Below are positions 38,235-48,340 of a stretch of 64,000 bases of DNA, piece after piece. A program made the position numbers and the translations under genes. This DNA is from a virus. The DNA is taken from positions 35,714-99,713 of the IMG/VR virus record IMGVR_UViG_3300021142_000014; one strand, given 5' to 3'. Within the stretch, counting starts at the first letter, position 1. The number at the start of each line of letters is the position of its first letter. The notes beneath the pieces were generated by a model that made no database searches, was not told where the DNA came from, and saw only the letters and a list, made by a program, of their open reading frames with translations.

Positions 38235-38662
38235 TACTCATCTCCTAACTTATCTATATCTATGTTATTAAGATCGGTTATTAAACTCATCTGTCTAACA
38301 AATTCTTCATTAGCGGCAGTTTCTTCTTCATCCTGCTGTTTTTTAGTCTTTTCAGCAGCTTCAGCAAACAACCTATCGATGGCACGTGCTTCTTCCATTG
38401 TTTCTGGAGTGCTCCAAACAATGCCTTCATTCTCACTATTATCTTGCTTATTCTTCATGTATTCTTGATACATTGCAGTGTTGTTAATAAAAAGATCTCG
38501 TTCAAATCGAGCTTCTTCTAACTCATTTTCTTTCCTGCGCTTGCGTATTATAACGGTTGCAAGGATTCTTTCTTGTAAGAAATTGAGATCAGGCCGAGTA
38601 AACACACCCATTACATTGGCAAGTTCGCTCTTCTCAATTACGTACGGATCTACTTCCCACCT
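38234..38662 (-). CDS. Tail assembly chaperone, -1 frameshift extension (gpGT-like)
   Basis: The frame opens exactly at the slippery site (TAA CCC AAA AGG TGG GAA...) and continues into the 125-aa ORF. Confidence 0.8.
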   Translation of the reverse strand, partial: RWEVDPYVIEKSELANVMGVFTRPDLNFLQERILATVIIRKRRKENELEEARFERDLFINNTAMYQEYMKNKQDNSENEGIVWSTPETMEEARAIDRLFAEAAEKTKKQQDEEETAANEEFVRQMSLITDLNNIDIDKLGDE

Positions 38663-39171
38663 TTTGGGTTATCCGTTTCCTCTTCTTGTTCAAAGATGTC
38701 TGGAGGTAGGATTGGCTCAATGATATTGAGTTCTTGTAGAACCATCATGACACGGTTTTCTAAGGTGTCAATTTCTTCGTAAAGAATATCAACCACTGCG
38801 TCATGCCAGTTTTCTGTTACATAATCATACTTTTGTCTAACAACGTTAATGTTTCTATTGCTAGGAATAAGATCCTTGCCATCAACGCTTACTAAACCAG
38901 CAGCCACAACAGCTGCCTTATAAGAACGACCATAGCCAATACTTTCTAGGTATGGCTTGGTAATTAGACTAATCTCTAGCTTTTCATTGATTGTCAATGT
39001 CCTTACCACAAATTTGTGGAAAGGTATGCTAGTGATTTCACGTTGAAGGTAACCTACAAAGAGCAGCCCCTCAAACTCATCTTTCCATTCTTCTGGAAAG
39101 GTGTCTATGTTCTTACTTTCGGTCTGGGAGAGGTCTTCAGTCCCCCATCCGTTGTTAATAATGTTTGTCAT
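38650..39171 (-). CDS. Tail assembly chaperone (gpG-like)
   Basis: Upstream of tape measure; F.VRTLT..E.L, VAA.LVSVDG..L. Confidence 0.85.
   Translation of the reverse strand: MTNIINNGWGTEDLSQTESKNIDTFPEEWKDEFEGLLFVGYLQREITSIPFHKFVVRTLTINEKLEISLITKPYLESIGYGRSYKAAVVAAGLVSVDGKDLIPSNRNINVVRQKYDYVTENWHDAVVDILYEEIDTLENRVMMVLQELNIIEPILPPDIFEQEEETDNPKGGK
38662..38668 (-). other. Programmed -1 ribosomal frameshift site C-CCA-AAA
   Basis: X XXY YYZ heptamer three sense codons before the gpG stop; predicted fusion about 312 aa. Confidence 0.8.
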
Positions 39172-39185
39172 TGTTCCTTTGGATC

Positions 39186-39208
39186 TAGGGCCCCTTCCCG
39201 AGGGCCTA
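39186..39208 (-). terminator. GC-rich hairpin before the chaperone gene (terminator/attenuator without U-tract)
   Basis: TAGGCCCT-CGGGA-AGGGGCCCTA stem-loop. Confidence 0.35.
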
Positions 39209-39219
39209 CCAGTAATTTA

Positions 39220-40203
39220 CTAGTTCTTGTTTAGTACGCGTACGTAAGGCTTCTTAACACGGCGGCTACGAATATCTACTTGAGCGAAGAACTGTCCACC
39301 TGAAAGAGTAGGTGTCGTAAGAACTGTACCTACAACATTGTTAGCAAGTGCAGAACCAGTTACAACGCCAGCAGAAGAAACTGAAGTAGTTGTAGAAGCA
39401 GGAACAGCTAGTACACCAGCGTTGCTTGTGCTAAGAACACCTACGGTTGCACCAATGGCTGTACCAGAAGCAACAACTGCCTTAGGTGTAAGACCTTCGA
39501 TCTGTACCCAAGCAAAGTTACCAGCAGGGATGTTTACTAGAGCAATTCCAGCAAATCCACCAGACTTAGTACCAACAGTAACAACGTTACCATTTACACC
39601 GCTGAGTGTTGTGTTAACACTGCTAACGTATGAAGTTCCGATTGCATCTTGCTTAACCTGGTATGAGACACCAGAAGCAGGTGAGATGTAACGGTTGTTC
39701 TCGTCTTGCCATACAGTAGCCCATCCACCAGAAATGGTTGATGCGGTACCGTTGTAAACGAGTGTGTAACGTGATTCGTCAGGACCGATTACAGTTTGGT
39801 TAGAAGCAGCACCACTCAGTGTAGCCTGAGGAGTTCCAATACCAGCACCAGCACCAGCTGTTCCACCTGCATCAAATCCTTGAGCAGCAAAACCGGCAAG
39901 GCTGACTGCGGTTACGTTAGGGCTAACCTGTGATAGGTAGCTAAAGAAGCTCTGACCACTGGCAGCAGCCATTGCGTTAACGCCAGATGAAGACTGTGCG
40001 AGAACATAGCTACCACTAGTTGTTACGGTGTCAGTGTTAACGGAAACAACGCTAATAACATTCTGACGAGCACCTAGGCTAATCTTTGAGAATGTTTCAG
40101 CGTCGACCACGTATTGCACACCTGGCAACATCTTTCTGTGATCTGGGAGGATGGCTTGACCAACTCCAGCTTGTAGTTGAATTACGAATGAACGTGCAGA
40201 CAT
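39220..40203 (-). CDS. Virion structural/decoration protein
   Basis: After tail tube; strong RBS; GIALVNIPAGNFAWVQIEG cement/decoration-like motif; SG-rich. Confidence 0.65.
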   Translation of the reverse strand: MSARSFVIQLQAGVGQAILPDHRKMLPGVQYVVDAETFSKISLGARQNVISVVSVNTDTVTTSGSYVLAQSSSGVNAMAAASGQSFFSYLSQVSPNVTAVSLAGFAAQGFDAGGTAGAGAGIGTPQATLSGAASNQTVIGPDESRYTLVYNGTASTISGGWATVWQDENNRYISPASGVSYQVKQDAIGTSYVSSVNTTLSGVNGNVVTVGTKSGGFAGIALVNIPAGNFAWVQIEGLTPKAVVASGTAIGATVGVLSTSNAGVLAVPASTTTSVSSAGVVTGSALANNVVGTVLTTPTLSGGQFFAQVDIRSRRVKKPYVRVLNKN

Positions 40204-40221
40204 ATTAGTTCATTTCCTTTC

Positions 40222-40704
40222 TTATGCGTTTAGTTGTACTTCGGTTCTAGAGCGATACATGATGGTAATTGACTTTGGAATGGTCATAGTACCAATTTGT
40301 ACCATTTCATCAATGGTTACGTTTACGACAACACAGCCATTGTAAGTAATGACACGCTGCGTACCATCTGGCTTTGTGATGATCTTTTGGCAAGTTACTT
40401 CACCTTGTGCAAGTTGAGCCTTAAATACATCAAGCAAGTCAGCTGCAGTGGTGAAATCACCACCGAGTTGTGCCCAAACTTCTGCATTCCATTGTTCCAA
40501 GAATTGGATTTCAAGCATTCCTGCTTGCAAAGCAGCAGGTAGAGCAATCTCAATTGGATAAGCAGAATCTAGTGGTTGAATAGGTTGTGGTTGAGCTACA
40601 GGCTGAGGAGCAGTTTCACTAATCATCTGTGCATAGGCTAGTGTCTGTCCATGGTAGGTAAACGCAGTATAATGCCCACCTACGCGAAATTTTGATGTTG
40701 CCAT
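40222..40704 (-). CDS. Tail tube protein
   Basis: 160 aa directly after the sheath; I.PLD...P.EI, E.WN..VW..LG, Y.GC.V..V...E. Confidence 0.85.
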   Translation of the reverse strand: MATSKFRVGGHYTAFTYHGQTLAYAQMISETAPQPVAQPQPIQPLDSAYPIEIALPAALQAGMLEIQFLEQWNAEVWAQLGGDFTTAADLLDVFKAQLAQGEVTCQKIITKPDGTQRVITYNGCVVVNVTIDEMVQIGTMTIPKSITIMYRSRTEVQLNA

Positions 40705-40715
40705 ATTCTATACTC

Positions 40716-42281
40716 CTAGTAGGATACGAGGTTGCTCTGAGTATTTCCAGTGATTACAGTTCCAGTCTGAGTGTTTAGACTCAAAGTTACCTGGATGTAG
40801 TTAATTGGATATGTCGGAGAATATTGGAAAGTAATGTAAACTGTTGTTGGGTTTGGTGCAGCAAGCTGATAGCTTAGGTTTTGATAGCTTTGAATCAAAC
40901 CATCTGCAACGGCGGACTTAAGTGTCGATGCTACGATACCAACTGCTGAATTGACTGTTGTGCTAGTCATAGGGCCACCGATTAGGTAGCTGCTATTAAG
41001 CGCTGCAGAAACATTATTGGCAAGTTGGTCGCCGATTGCACTGATTGAGATTTCTTGTGTCAACCAGTTAGTTACATTTGTATTAAGTCCTTGAAGAACC
41101 CATAGGTTGCCATCTCGCTTCTGGAATACAGTGGTAATACCGTATGGAAGGTAATTTGTTGCAGCATCTGTAAGAGCAATCTGGTTAGGAATGTAGTTAA
41201 ATCCAGCAACTGTCTTGTTAGTGATTGGAGTAGCTACGTTAGGTTGACCAGCAAACAAACCGGCAAGTGCAGCAGAAAGGTAATATCCAGGAATGTTAAA
41301 GTTAACATTGGTAAGACCAGTATTGCTGCTAAGACCTGGGTTGTAGTTGATTGATCCTGGGAATGCTAGAGAAACTCGTGTTCCTGCAGTGCTTCCACCA
41401 AAACCACTAGCTAATGTTTGCATAGCAGAAGTAGTTACTTGGTTAAATGTTCCATCAACACCTACGAATGAACGCTGGTAACGACCAACATTGTATTGTG
41501 CAGCAAGGTAACTTGTAAGAGCTGTAGCAACTGTTCCAGTACCATAAGGAATGATTTGTCCAAAGTTTGTACCACTTGTATTGACAAATCCATAAAGAGG
41601 AACAATTACATCAGTACCAGTATAGTTCGCCAAGTAGGTTGGGTCGTTTCCTGATGCAGTGGCTGAAAGAGCACGTGTCCAGTCAGATGTAGAAGCAATT
41701 GCAGTTCCACTGCTTGAGATTCTAGCTACTGGCAATACTTGTACAGTGTTTGCACCGTTTTGGAAGGCGAGTTGTGCAGCAAGAGTAACTGGGCTAGTGA
41801 TTGTAGAACCACTAACTGCTGCTCCACAAGTAGCGGCAAGAGTATTGAAATTAGTGTAAGTACCGTAAGCACCCCAGTTGTGTCCATAAGTAACGCTGAT
41901 GGTTCCGCTAGGTAGTGCAGCAACACCAGCAGATACACCGCTAGTGCTAAGGTAGCTAAAAGGCTGGTTGGTTGGTGTATTGATAGTGAAGTTAACACCA
42001 TAAGTACCAGTAACGGTAGTGGTACCGCTTACCCAAGTTACTGTGTAACCAGAGTAAGTAGAGTAAGTACCTGTAGTGGTTGTATTGACCATAGGAACTG
42101 TTAGTTGTCCAAGGTTTACTCCACTTGTAGCAATAACGTTATTGAACGTGTCAGTGCTAGATCCGGCCACAGCCTGGTCAGCGAGCAAAAGAATATTAAT
42201 GTTAGTTGGGTTGATAGCGGTCAACGCAGTACCTGACTGCGTTACATAGACCCCTGGAACCTGATAGTTGGAAATGGGCAT
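40716..42281 (-). CDS. Contractile tail sheath protein
   Basis: Y..PGVYV, LAAQLAF.NGA, AA.AG, P.TNK, C-terminal Y.P.YPINYI.V. Confidence 0.92.
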   Translation of the reverse strand: MPISNYQVPGVYVTQSGTALTAINPTNINILLLADQAVAGSSTDTFNNVIATSGVNLGQLTVPMVNTTTTGTYSTYSGYTVTWVSGTTTVTGTYGVNFTINTPTNQPFSYLSTSGVSAGVAALPSGTISVTYGHNWGAYGTYTNFNTLAATCGAAVSGSTITSPVTLAAQLAFQNGANTVQVLPVARISSSGTAIASTSDWTRALSATASGNDPTYLANYTGTDVIVPLYGFVNTSGTNFGQIIPYGTGTVATALTSYLAAQYNVGRYQRSFVGVDGTFNQVTTSAMQTLASGFGGSTAGTRVSLAFPGSINYNPGLSSNTGLTNVNFNIPGYYLSAALAGLFAGQPNVATPITNKTVAGFNYIPNQIALTDAATNYLPYGITTVFQKRDGNLWVLQGLNTNVTNWLTQEISISAIGDQLANNVSAALNSSYLIGGPMTSTTVNSAVGIVASTLKSAVADGLIQSYQNLSYQLAAPNPTTVYITFQYSPTYPINYIQVTLSLNTQTGTVITGNTQSNLVSY

Positions 42282-42349
42282 ACATTCTCCTTCAATGCCT
42301 TGTGCAAATTCTTTATTGTTTTACAATGTTTCTTTTAATAGTTTTATTC

Positions 42350-43024
42350 TCAAGTGTTATTTGAGGTTTCGTTGATTGGAGCTAAAAATGGAGGTGTTTG
42401 GACCACCGGACTACCACTTGCCACAACTTTAGTAATTTGAGGAATAACGTAATCATATTTAGTCTCGTAAAAGTCACCTATACATTGGATTCTGATACTG
42501 GCTTCATAAGTTAATTCTTCTGGACTCCAAGGGGTTCCTGCGCTAACGCTATCTCCCAATGGGGTAAATGTGTCTAAAAGCAGTGTCATTCCAACTAGAT
42601 CATTATTGGTAATACTGTTAATAAAAGCAGTGCTGGCAGGGCTTCCCTGACCCATAAGAATCAAGTTAGTAATACTGTCATATAAGCGATCTCGTTCTTC
42701 TGAATGCATAGCCATTATTTGGAGATCTATACTACCTTCAAAATAACCGCTTCTTGAGACTGAAGTACCTGGATAAGTTACTCCACTAATGGTTATACCA
42801 CTTGCAACGGCTGTATATGTATCTGGGTTTAAACCTGACCATTGAATCTTGCTAGGTCTAAACTGAACAAACACTGCTGGCCATTCTACCAACTCTAACG
42901 GATACTCAATAGTTATACTATTAGGAGTTAGATCTAAACTTGTATCAACAGGAGAAGATGCTAAGGTATTAAACCCTGCATTTAAAGCTTCTACTATTGT
43001 GGTTTTAACGGCTGTGGTAAACAT
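42350..43024 (-). CDS. Tail terminator/completion protein
   Basis: Upstream of the sheath; IEYP....WPA, G.I.L...A..S.ERDRLYD. Confidence 0.7.
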   Translation of the reverse strand: MFTTAVKTTIVEALNAGFNTLASSPVDTSLDLTPNSITIEYPLELVEWPAVFVQFRPSKIQWSGLNPDTYTAVASGITISGVTYPGTSVSRSGYFEGSIDLQIMAMHSEERDRLYDSITNLILMGQGSPASTAFINSITNNDLVGMTLLLDTFTPLGDSVSAGTPWSPEELTYEASIRIQCIGDFYETKYDYVIPQITKVVASGSPVVQTPPFLAPINETSNNT

Positions 43025-43540
43025 TTAGTTTGAACTTCTTCCGTGAATTATTTGCTCAATCTCACTTCTGGCTTCAGTTTTCATAAACATATTGATTATG
43101 TCTTCTTTTCTAGATGTTCTTTTCCATTCATCTACACTCATTTGTATAGCTTTATTTAAAAAGTTCAATCCTTGTTTTTGTGGGTAATACCATTCTGGTG
43201 TATCGTCTTTTAATTTTCCGTTACTTGATAATCTAGTTATCACTGGTATTTTGCCAATTTTGTTGGCACCTGCTCTTCTAAAAGCAATAGTGCCATCAGG
43301 GTTTCTAACAGGTATAACACGACCTGCTAAATCAACCATTGCGTGAGCTTCTACACCTTGATCGAGATCATACATATATGCAGTCTCATCAGGCACTTGA
43401 ATGCCAATTTGCCCTTTTTGGTAAACAGGTATTAAACTATTTAATCCTTTACCTGTTTTACGTGGTCCAATAACTTGTGCAATTTCTACAGCACGGTGAG
43501 CAAGCCTACGAGCAACATCTTCAGGAATAGAATATTTCAT
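43025..43540 (-). CDS. Neck/tail completion protein
   Basis: P.KTG...SL, W.YP...G.NFL..AI; located in the neck cluster. Confidence 0.6.
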   Translation of the reverse strand: MKYSIPEDVARRLAHRAVEIAQVIGPRKTGKGLNSLIPVYQKGQIGIQVPDETAYMYDLDQGVEAHAMVDLAGRVIPVRNPDGTIAFRRAGANKIGKIPVITRLSSNGKLKDDTPEWYYPQKQGLNFLNKAIQMSVDEWKRTSRKEDIINMFMKTEARSEIEQIIHGRSSN

Positions 43541-44223
43541 ATTACAGGTACGTTGTAATAAGGGCTACTAGGAAAAACGTTTTCTAGCGTAGCCATTTGA
43601 TTAACATAAATAGTATTATTGTAACTAATTCCTGGACCAGTACGAATGCTTTGTGGGGTAACTGCACTAACTTGAAAACGGTCTCCAAGTACAGTTGGTG
43701 TATCTTTGTACCATTCATTAACACGAACCACAAGATCACCCGTTCTTATCTCAGGAAACCAACTGAATTGAACAGTAGGATTATCTTTCCAGAATTGACC
43801 AGTACTTAGGTTAGAACGAATTTGTTGAGTATCAGCAGCAAGCATGTAAAGGTGATAACAGGTAGGTTTAAATCCACCACTGAATGTTGTTCCATAGCAA
43901 GTCCCGCAATAACTATTACCAGTTTGACGGTATACTTTGCTAACTCTTGATTGGATAGCAGCATTAGGTTGCGTTGGATTGGGGCTATCTTGGCATTGCT
44001 GGCAGTATCCTACAAGACCAAGGGCAGCATCCTCTGCACGCCATAATTGACGTACAATGCATTCTTCACCGAACCATTGAAGAGCTTCATCATGGAATCG
44101 CTGCTCATTAGTTTGAGTCCATCCTTCTTGTTGTTTTACAACAAGTAGAGGGCTTTCCTGTTGAGTAGAAAGACCATTCACTCCTGGTACGACAGGACCT
44201 GGTTGTGGATTGATACCGGACAA
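43537..44223 (-). CDS. Head-tail connector (stopper-like) with CxxC pairs
   Basis: AL...GE, C..C, C.TCYGT.F.GG, P.IR.GD..VR; start revised to TTG 44223. Confidence 0.65.
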   Translation of the reverse strand: MSGINPQPGPVVPGVNGLSTQQESPLLVVKQQEGWTQTNEQRFHDEALQWFGEECIVRQLWRAEDAALGLVGYCQQCQDSPNPTQPNAAIQSRVSKVYRQTGNSYCGTCYGTTFSGGFKPTCYHLYMLAADTQQIRSNLSTGQFWKDNPTVQFSWFPEIRTGDLVVRVNEWYKDTPTVLGDRFQVSAVTPQSIRTGPGISYNNTIYVNQMATLENVFPSSPYYNVPVI

Positions 44224-44224
44224 A

Positions 44225-45091
44225 TTATGCTCCACCCATGTTGACTGCCGCATATTGGAAGTGAGGACGTGCTGGGTTAGTAAACATACGAGGGATAAGA
44301 CCACCAGCAACAAGAAGGCTTCTCTTGGAACCAACCATGAATTGACGTTTCATCTGACGGAGTTGCTTATCAGCTACTTCCTTGTCAAATAGATACAATT
44401 GCCACCAACGGTTGTAGTAATCTCTACGATCCATCCAGGCAGCATTCATGCCTGTTGGAGATGGTTGTTCAATATAGTTACGGGCAATATGTTTTAAAAA
44501 GTGAGCATACGTTTGACTTGCCAATACTCCATAATAAGTACTTGGATATGGAACTTGAGCATTTAGACCAATTTGATATGCTGGAGAAAATATAGGTTGA
44601 AATTCAAAGTTAATGTAGTCAATGGTTTCGTCTTGCATAACCATTGCAACTTCTTCGTACATCATAAAACCACTTTGTTGTAGTTCTTGAAGGTATGGTC
44701 CACCAGCAGTTGAGTCGAAGCTTTTGTCAAGTCTGTGTACAATACCAGTTACAATTTGACGTTCGTCATAACCTAAATTAGACCAATATGGCATCTGATC
44801 AGTAACAACAATGCTATCAACGTAGATTCTTGGACTTCCACTAATAGTATAATTCCAAGTTATATTGTAATTACCTTGAACAGATGTTTGATTGGCATTA
44901 AGCATGTACTGATATGTTCCAACGCTTTCATACGTTGCTACTGTGCCAGGAGCTACTACAACTGTGCCGTTGTCTGCATTGATTACGCTAAGTGTTACTA
45001 ATTGATTGTCAGGGTCAGTAAGAACACCTTGTGAGTAGGTCATAATGCCTACTGGCTCTACTGCATATTGTGGGAAGGGGCGTACTCTCAT
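44225..45091 (-). CDS. Head-to-tail adaptor with N-terminal Ig-like domain
   Basis: G.Y.Y...G.Y...W.Y Ig-like N-terminus; DS..GGP.L, Y.EQP, DRRDY..RW. Confidence 0.7.
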   Translation of the reverse strand: MRVRPFPQYAVEPVGIMTYSQGVLTDPDNQLVTLSVINADNGTVVVAPGTVATYESVGTYQYMLNANQTSVQGNYNITWNYTISGSPRIYVDSIVVTDQMPYWSNLGYDERQIVTGIVHRLDKSFDSTAGGPYLQELQQSGFMMYEEVAMVMQDETIDYINFEFQPIFSPAYQIGLNAQVPYPSTYYGVLASQTYAHFLKHIARNYIEQPSPTGMNAAWMDRRDYYNRWWQLYLFDKEVADKQLRQMKRQFMVGSKRSLLVAGGLIPRMFTNPARPHFQYAAVNMGGA

Positions 45092-45103
45092 GTTTATCCT
45101 TAA

Positions 45104-47581
45104 TTAAAATCCAATAGTTGCTGTGCCTTTTGGCCAACGAATCATAAGAAGACCAGATCCACCAGCTGAGGCGTTAACAGCATTAGGTCCTGCTCCTCCA
45201 CCACCTCCACCACCAGTGTTTGCAACTCCTGCAGTAGATTGTGTAATGCTGCTGCTGTTAGATGCTCCAGTACCACCACCACCGGCACCACCAACTCCAT
45301 TAGCACCAGCATTATTATTTGCTCCTCCACCACCTCCACCACCACCGTAGTAGCCAAATACACTAGTACTAGTTGCGGTTGCCCAAGCTGAATCAGTTAG
45401 GGTTATACCGGTTCCACCATTCTCTGTACCAGCTCCACTAGCTCCAGCTCCACCAACTCCACCACCTCCACCGCCCCAGTAGCTTGGTATATTTCCATAG
45501 CCAGAACCACCAGCGTAGATACCTGCTCCACCAGCATTATTATTTGCTCCTCCACCACCAGCGCCATTTGCACCAGTGTAAGCAGGAGCACTGGTACCAC
45601 CAGCGCTACCTCCGACAGCATTGTAGGCACCATATCCACCACCAAAACCTGTATAAAGAACAGCACCACCAGAGGGTTGAATAAGAGTTGCACCACCTGA
45701 GCCACCATTTGAGGAACTACCAGCAGCTCCACCAGCTCCAATAGTTATTGCATAAGGGTTAACAGACAATGTTGTAGCTGATTTTTGATATACTGCACCA
45801 GCTCCACCACCACCTCCTGGAACATAAACACCTGCAGATAGAGTCTTATATGCTCCACCTCCACCACCGCCTCCAACTAATACAAATTCTGCATTGTTAA
45901 GTGCTGATATAGAAACAGTAAATGAACCAGTTGAAGTCCAAACAGCATAATCGTAGGTACTGTCTGAGTAATGTGTTGCATTCGTAGCAGTAACATTAGG
46001 CAGTGGATTAGGAATAATACCTGTTCCAGTAGCGCTTGTTTGTGCGCCACCTGCGGTGATAGAAATAACTGTTGGTGTGTAAGTTATTCCCTTGGTGAAA
46101 GAGCCTGTGACAACTGCTGAGTTTGTTCCGTAAGCTACGCTTGTATAGAATGACGTTGAGTCAGATCCAACCATAAGAGCAACATATGTTGCTGGGGTTG
46201 TTCCAGATCCTGCAGGAGTCCATGAAATTGTTGTTGATGTGGTTGTTACAGAACTTGTTAATACACCGGTTACGGCGCTTGGAAGAGGGTTAGGGATAAT
46301 AGCAGTTGTAGTTGCTGATGTACTACTACCACCAGTGTTTTGAGCAACAACCGTTGGAGTGTATGATGCACCAGCTTGGAATACATTAGTATATGTAGTT
46401 CCATAAAGAGTAAAAGTTTTACTACCATTAAGGGTTGCAATGTTTGTAGCATATGGTACAGAAGTGCTAACTTGATCATATGGTGAAGAGCAAGTAAGAG
46501 CAACACTATAAGTAGTTGGTTGTGAATATTGAGTGTTAGCGGACGTTGGTGTCCAAGCCACCGTTGCACTAGAGTAACTAATAGATGAAGTATTTACACC
46601 TGTTACTGCTGCTGGTGGGTAAAGAAGATTTTGAGGTGTTCCTGGAGTACGGCCTATTGCATTATTAGCAATTACGTTAACTACAGCAACAGGTTCAATA
46701 GGATTAGTTATACCTGACATTGTATATGTTGTTGCTGACTGTGTAGAACTAGTAAATCCATTATTTGCATCAGAATATGTATAGTTATCAGCTAAACTAT
46801 GTAATGGATTAGTATCAACATTAGTAATTACAATGTTGATAAAACCATTATTACCAGATTTGGTAGCTGTAAAGGTTGGAGCAACCGTAGGAGCAGTCAA
46901 TGGGTTAGGAGTCAAAACAATATTTGCTCCACTGGCGCTCGTTCCAGCAAAATTTTGTGATTGAACATAAAACGTATATGGCATTCCTGTAAGAAATCCA
47001 TGGTTCATAAGACCTGTAACAGTTGGTGATGTGCCTGGTCCAGATATAGTTAAAGTTGCACTATCTTGTGTTGTTAAACCAGTTCCAATATTGGTAAGTG
47101 TTCCAGTGGCAGAAAGTATGTAACTTGCAGCATTTGGAACTTGAAGAAATGTATATTGAACTCCACTAAGAGACGTAATAACTACAGAAAGACCTGAAGG
47201 AGTTGCTGTAGCAATAAATGGTTCTACTTGGTTGCTTGCATTACCATATTTACTATTACCATACTTATTGCTTGCATATCCTTCAAATTGATAATAAGCA
47301 TTTGCAACAAATGGATAAGTAATTGTTAGTGGATTTGTAGCGCCTGTGATTGTGGTTCCACTAATAGCAACCAACGGTGACCCACTAAAAGCAGTCACTC
47401 CATAACTAGTCGCTGGATGACCCAATGGATTAGGTGTTAAATAAACGTTAACAACAGAATTATCTCCTGAAGTCGTTCCACCTGAAATAACTACGGCACC
47501 TGAGATGGTGTCAATGAATGGAGGCTGTGGTTGCAAGTGAGCCGACGCTTCCGAAGCAATGATCCCAGGAATAATAGGCAT
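45104..47581 (-). CDS. FN3-repeat, glycine-rich virion fibre protein
   Basis: P.AVTGV.....T.SWTP FN3-like repeats; C-terminal Gly-rich domain (VGGGGGGG...GGGGAG...ANTGGGGGG...GGSG..IRW). Confidence 0.8.
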   Translation of the reverse strand: MPIIPGIIASEASAHLQPQPPFIDTISGAVVISGGTTSGDNSVVNVYLTPNPLGHPATSYGVTAFSGSPLVAISGTTITGATNPLTITYPFVANAYYQFEGYASNKYGNSKYGNASNQVEPFIATATPSGLSVVITSLSGVQYTFLQVPNAASYILSATGTLTNIGTGLTTQDSATLTISGPGTSPTVTGLMNHGFLTGMPYTFYVQSQNFAGTSASGANIVLTPNPLTAPTVAPTFTATKSGNNGFINIVITNVDTNPLHSLADNYTYSDANNGFTSSTQSATTYTMSGITNPIEPVAVVNVIANNAIGRTPGTPQNLLYPPAAVTGVNTSSISYSSATVAWTPTSANTQYSQPTTYSVALTCSSPYDQVSTSVPYATNIATLNGSKTFTLYGTTYTNVFQAGASYTPTVVAQNTGGSSTSATTTAIIPNPLPSAVTGVLTSSVTTTSTTISWTPAGSGTTPATYVALMVGSDSTSFYTSVAYGTNSAVVTGSFTKGITYTPTVISITAGGAQTSATGTGIIPNPLPNVTATNATHYSDSTYDYAVWTSTGSFTVSISALNNAEFVLVGGGGGGGAYKTLSAGVYVPGGGGGAGAVYQKSATTLSVNPYAITIGAGGAAGSSSNGGSGGATLIQPSGGAVLYTGFGGGYGAYNAVGGSAGGTSAPAYTGANGAGGGGANNNAGGAGIYAGGSGYGNIPSYWGGGGGGVGGAGASGAGTENGGTGITLTDSAWATATSTSVFGYYGGGGGGGGANNNAGANGVGGAGGGGTGASNSSSITQSTAGVANTGGGGGGGAGPNAVNASAGGSGLLMIRWPKGTATIGF

Positions 47582-47584
47582 AAT

Positions 47585-48334
47585 TTAAATTATGTCTCCG
47601 GTAACAACCCAAACATTTTGTGAACCAATTTGATTACCAATCCATATAGCAGTTGCAGTACTGTATATTTGTCGAAGTTGTGGGTTGTTACCATTATTTA
47701 AGGAACCTGTTGAAATAATAGTTGCTCCACCAGAGAAAGTTACAGTACCACTAGTCATTTGAATAAATGTAACTTGTTGTCCATAACCAATACCACTGGC
47801 AGGCAATTGGATAGCACAATTACCACTAATTTGAACAATGTTGTTAATGTCTGTAGAATTAGCAATATACGTTGCTGCCCCATAATTAGTATCCCAAATA
47901 TATTGAACTGATCCAGCGGGAATATAATTTGACCAATATGGCGCTGAGCTAGTTCCTGAAGCACTGGAAATAAAGAATTGACCACTAGCAGTAGGTGATG
48001 GAAAATCACCATTGTTTATCTGGTTTATAATACCAAAATCAGTGATGAGCGGACCAGCAACCCATGGAACAGTTCCACTAACACCAGTAGTTACAGGGCC
48101 AAACCCACCTTCTGCTTGGCGTTGTACAATAGCAACAGTAGATGTTCCGCTGCTTGTTACATAAATGATTTCTTGTGTTCCGGTAGCACCATAATATCCT
48201 GGATTAAGTACTACTGGGACGTATGTTCCAGCCACTGGTGTAGGCCAATTAGTACCGGTAATAGTGGTTTGACCACCATTAACAATACCAGAAGCAATGC
48301 CATAGGCAAAATCTAAACGAGAACGTGTTGCCAT
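47585..48334 (-). CDS. Tail-fibre-type structural protein
   Basis: EIIYVT....V.R..EG N-terminus; C-terminal LP...GQ.V..IQ...G.VTF...L..YS.A...W.V.GD fibre-tip domain. Confidence 0.7.
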   Translation of the reverse strand: MATRSRLDFAYGIASGIVNGGQTTITGTNWPTPVAGTYVPVVLNPGYYGATGTQEIIYVTSSGTSTVAIVQRQAEGGFGPVTTGVSGTVPWVAGPLITDFGIINQINNGDFPSPTASGQFFISSASGTSSAPYWSNYIPAGSVQYIWDTNYGAATYIANSTDINNIVQISGNCAIQLPASGIGYGQQVTFIQMTSGTVTFSGGATIISTGSLNNGNNPQLRQIYSTATAIWIGNQIGSQNVWVVTGDII

Positions 48335-48340
48335 TTAATC

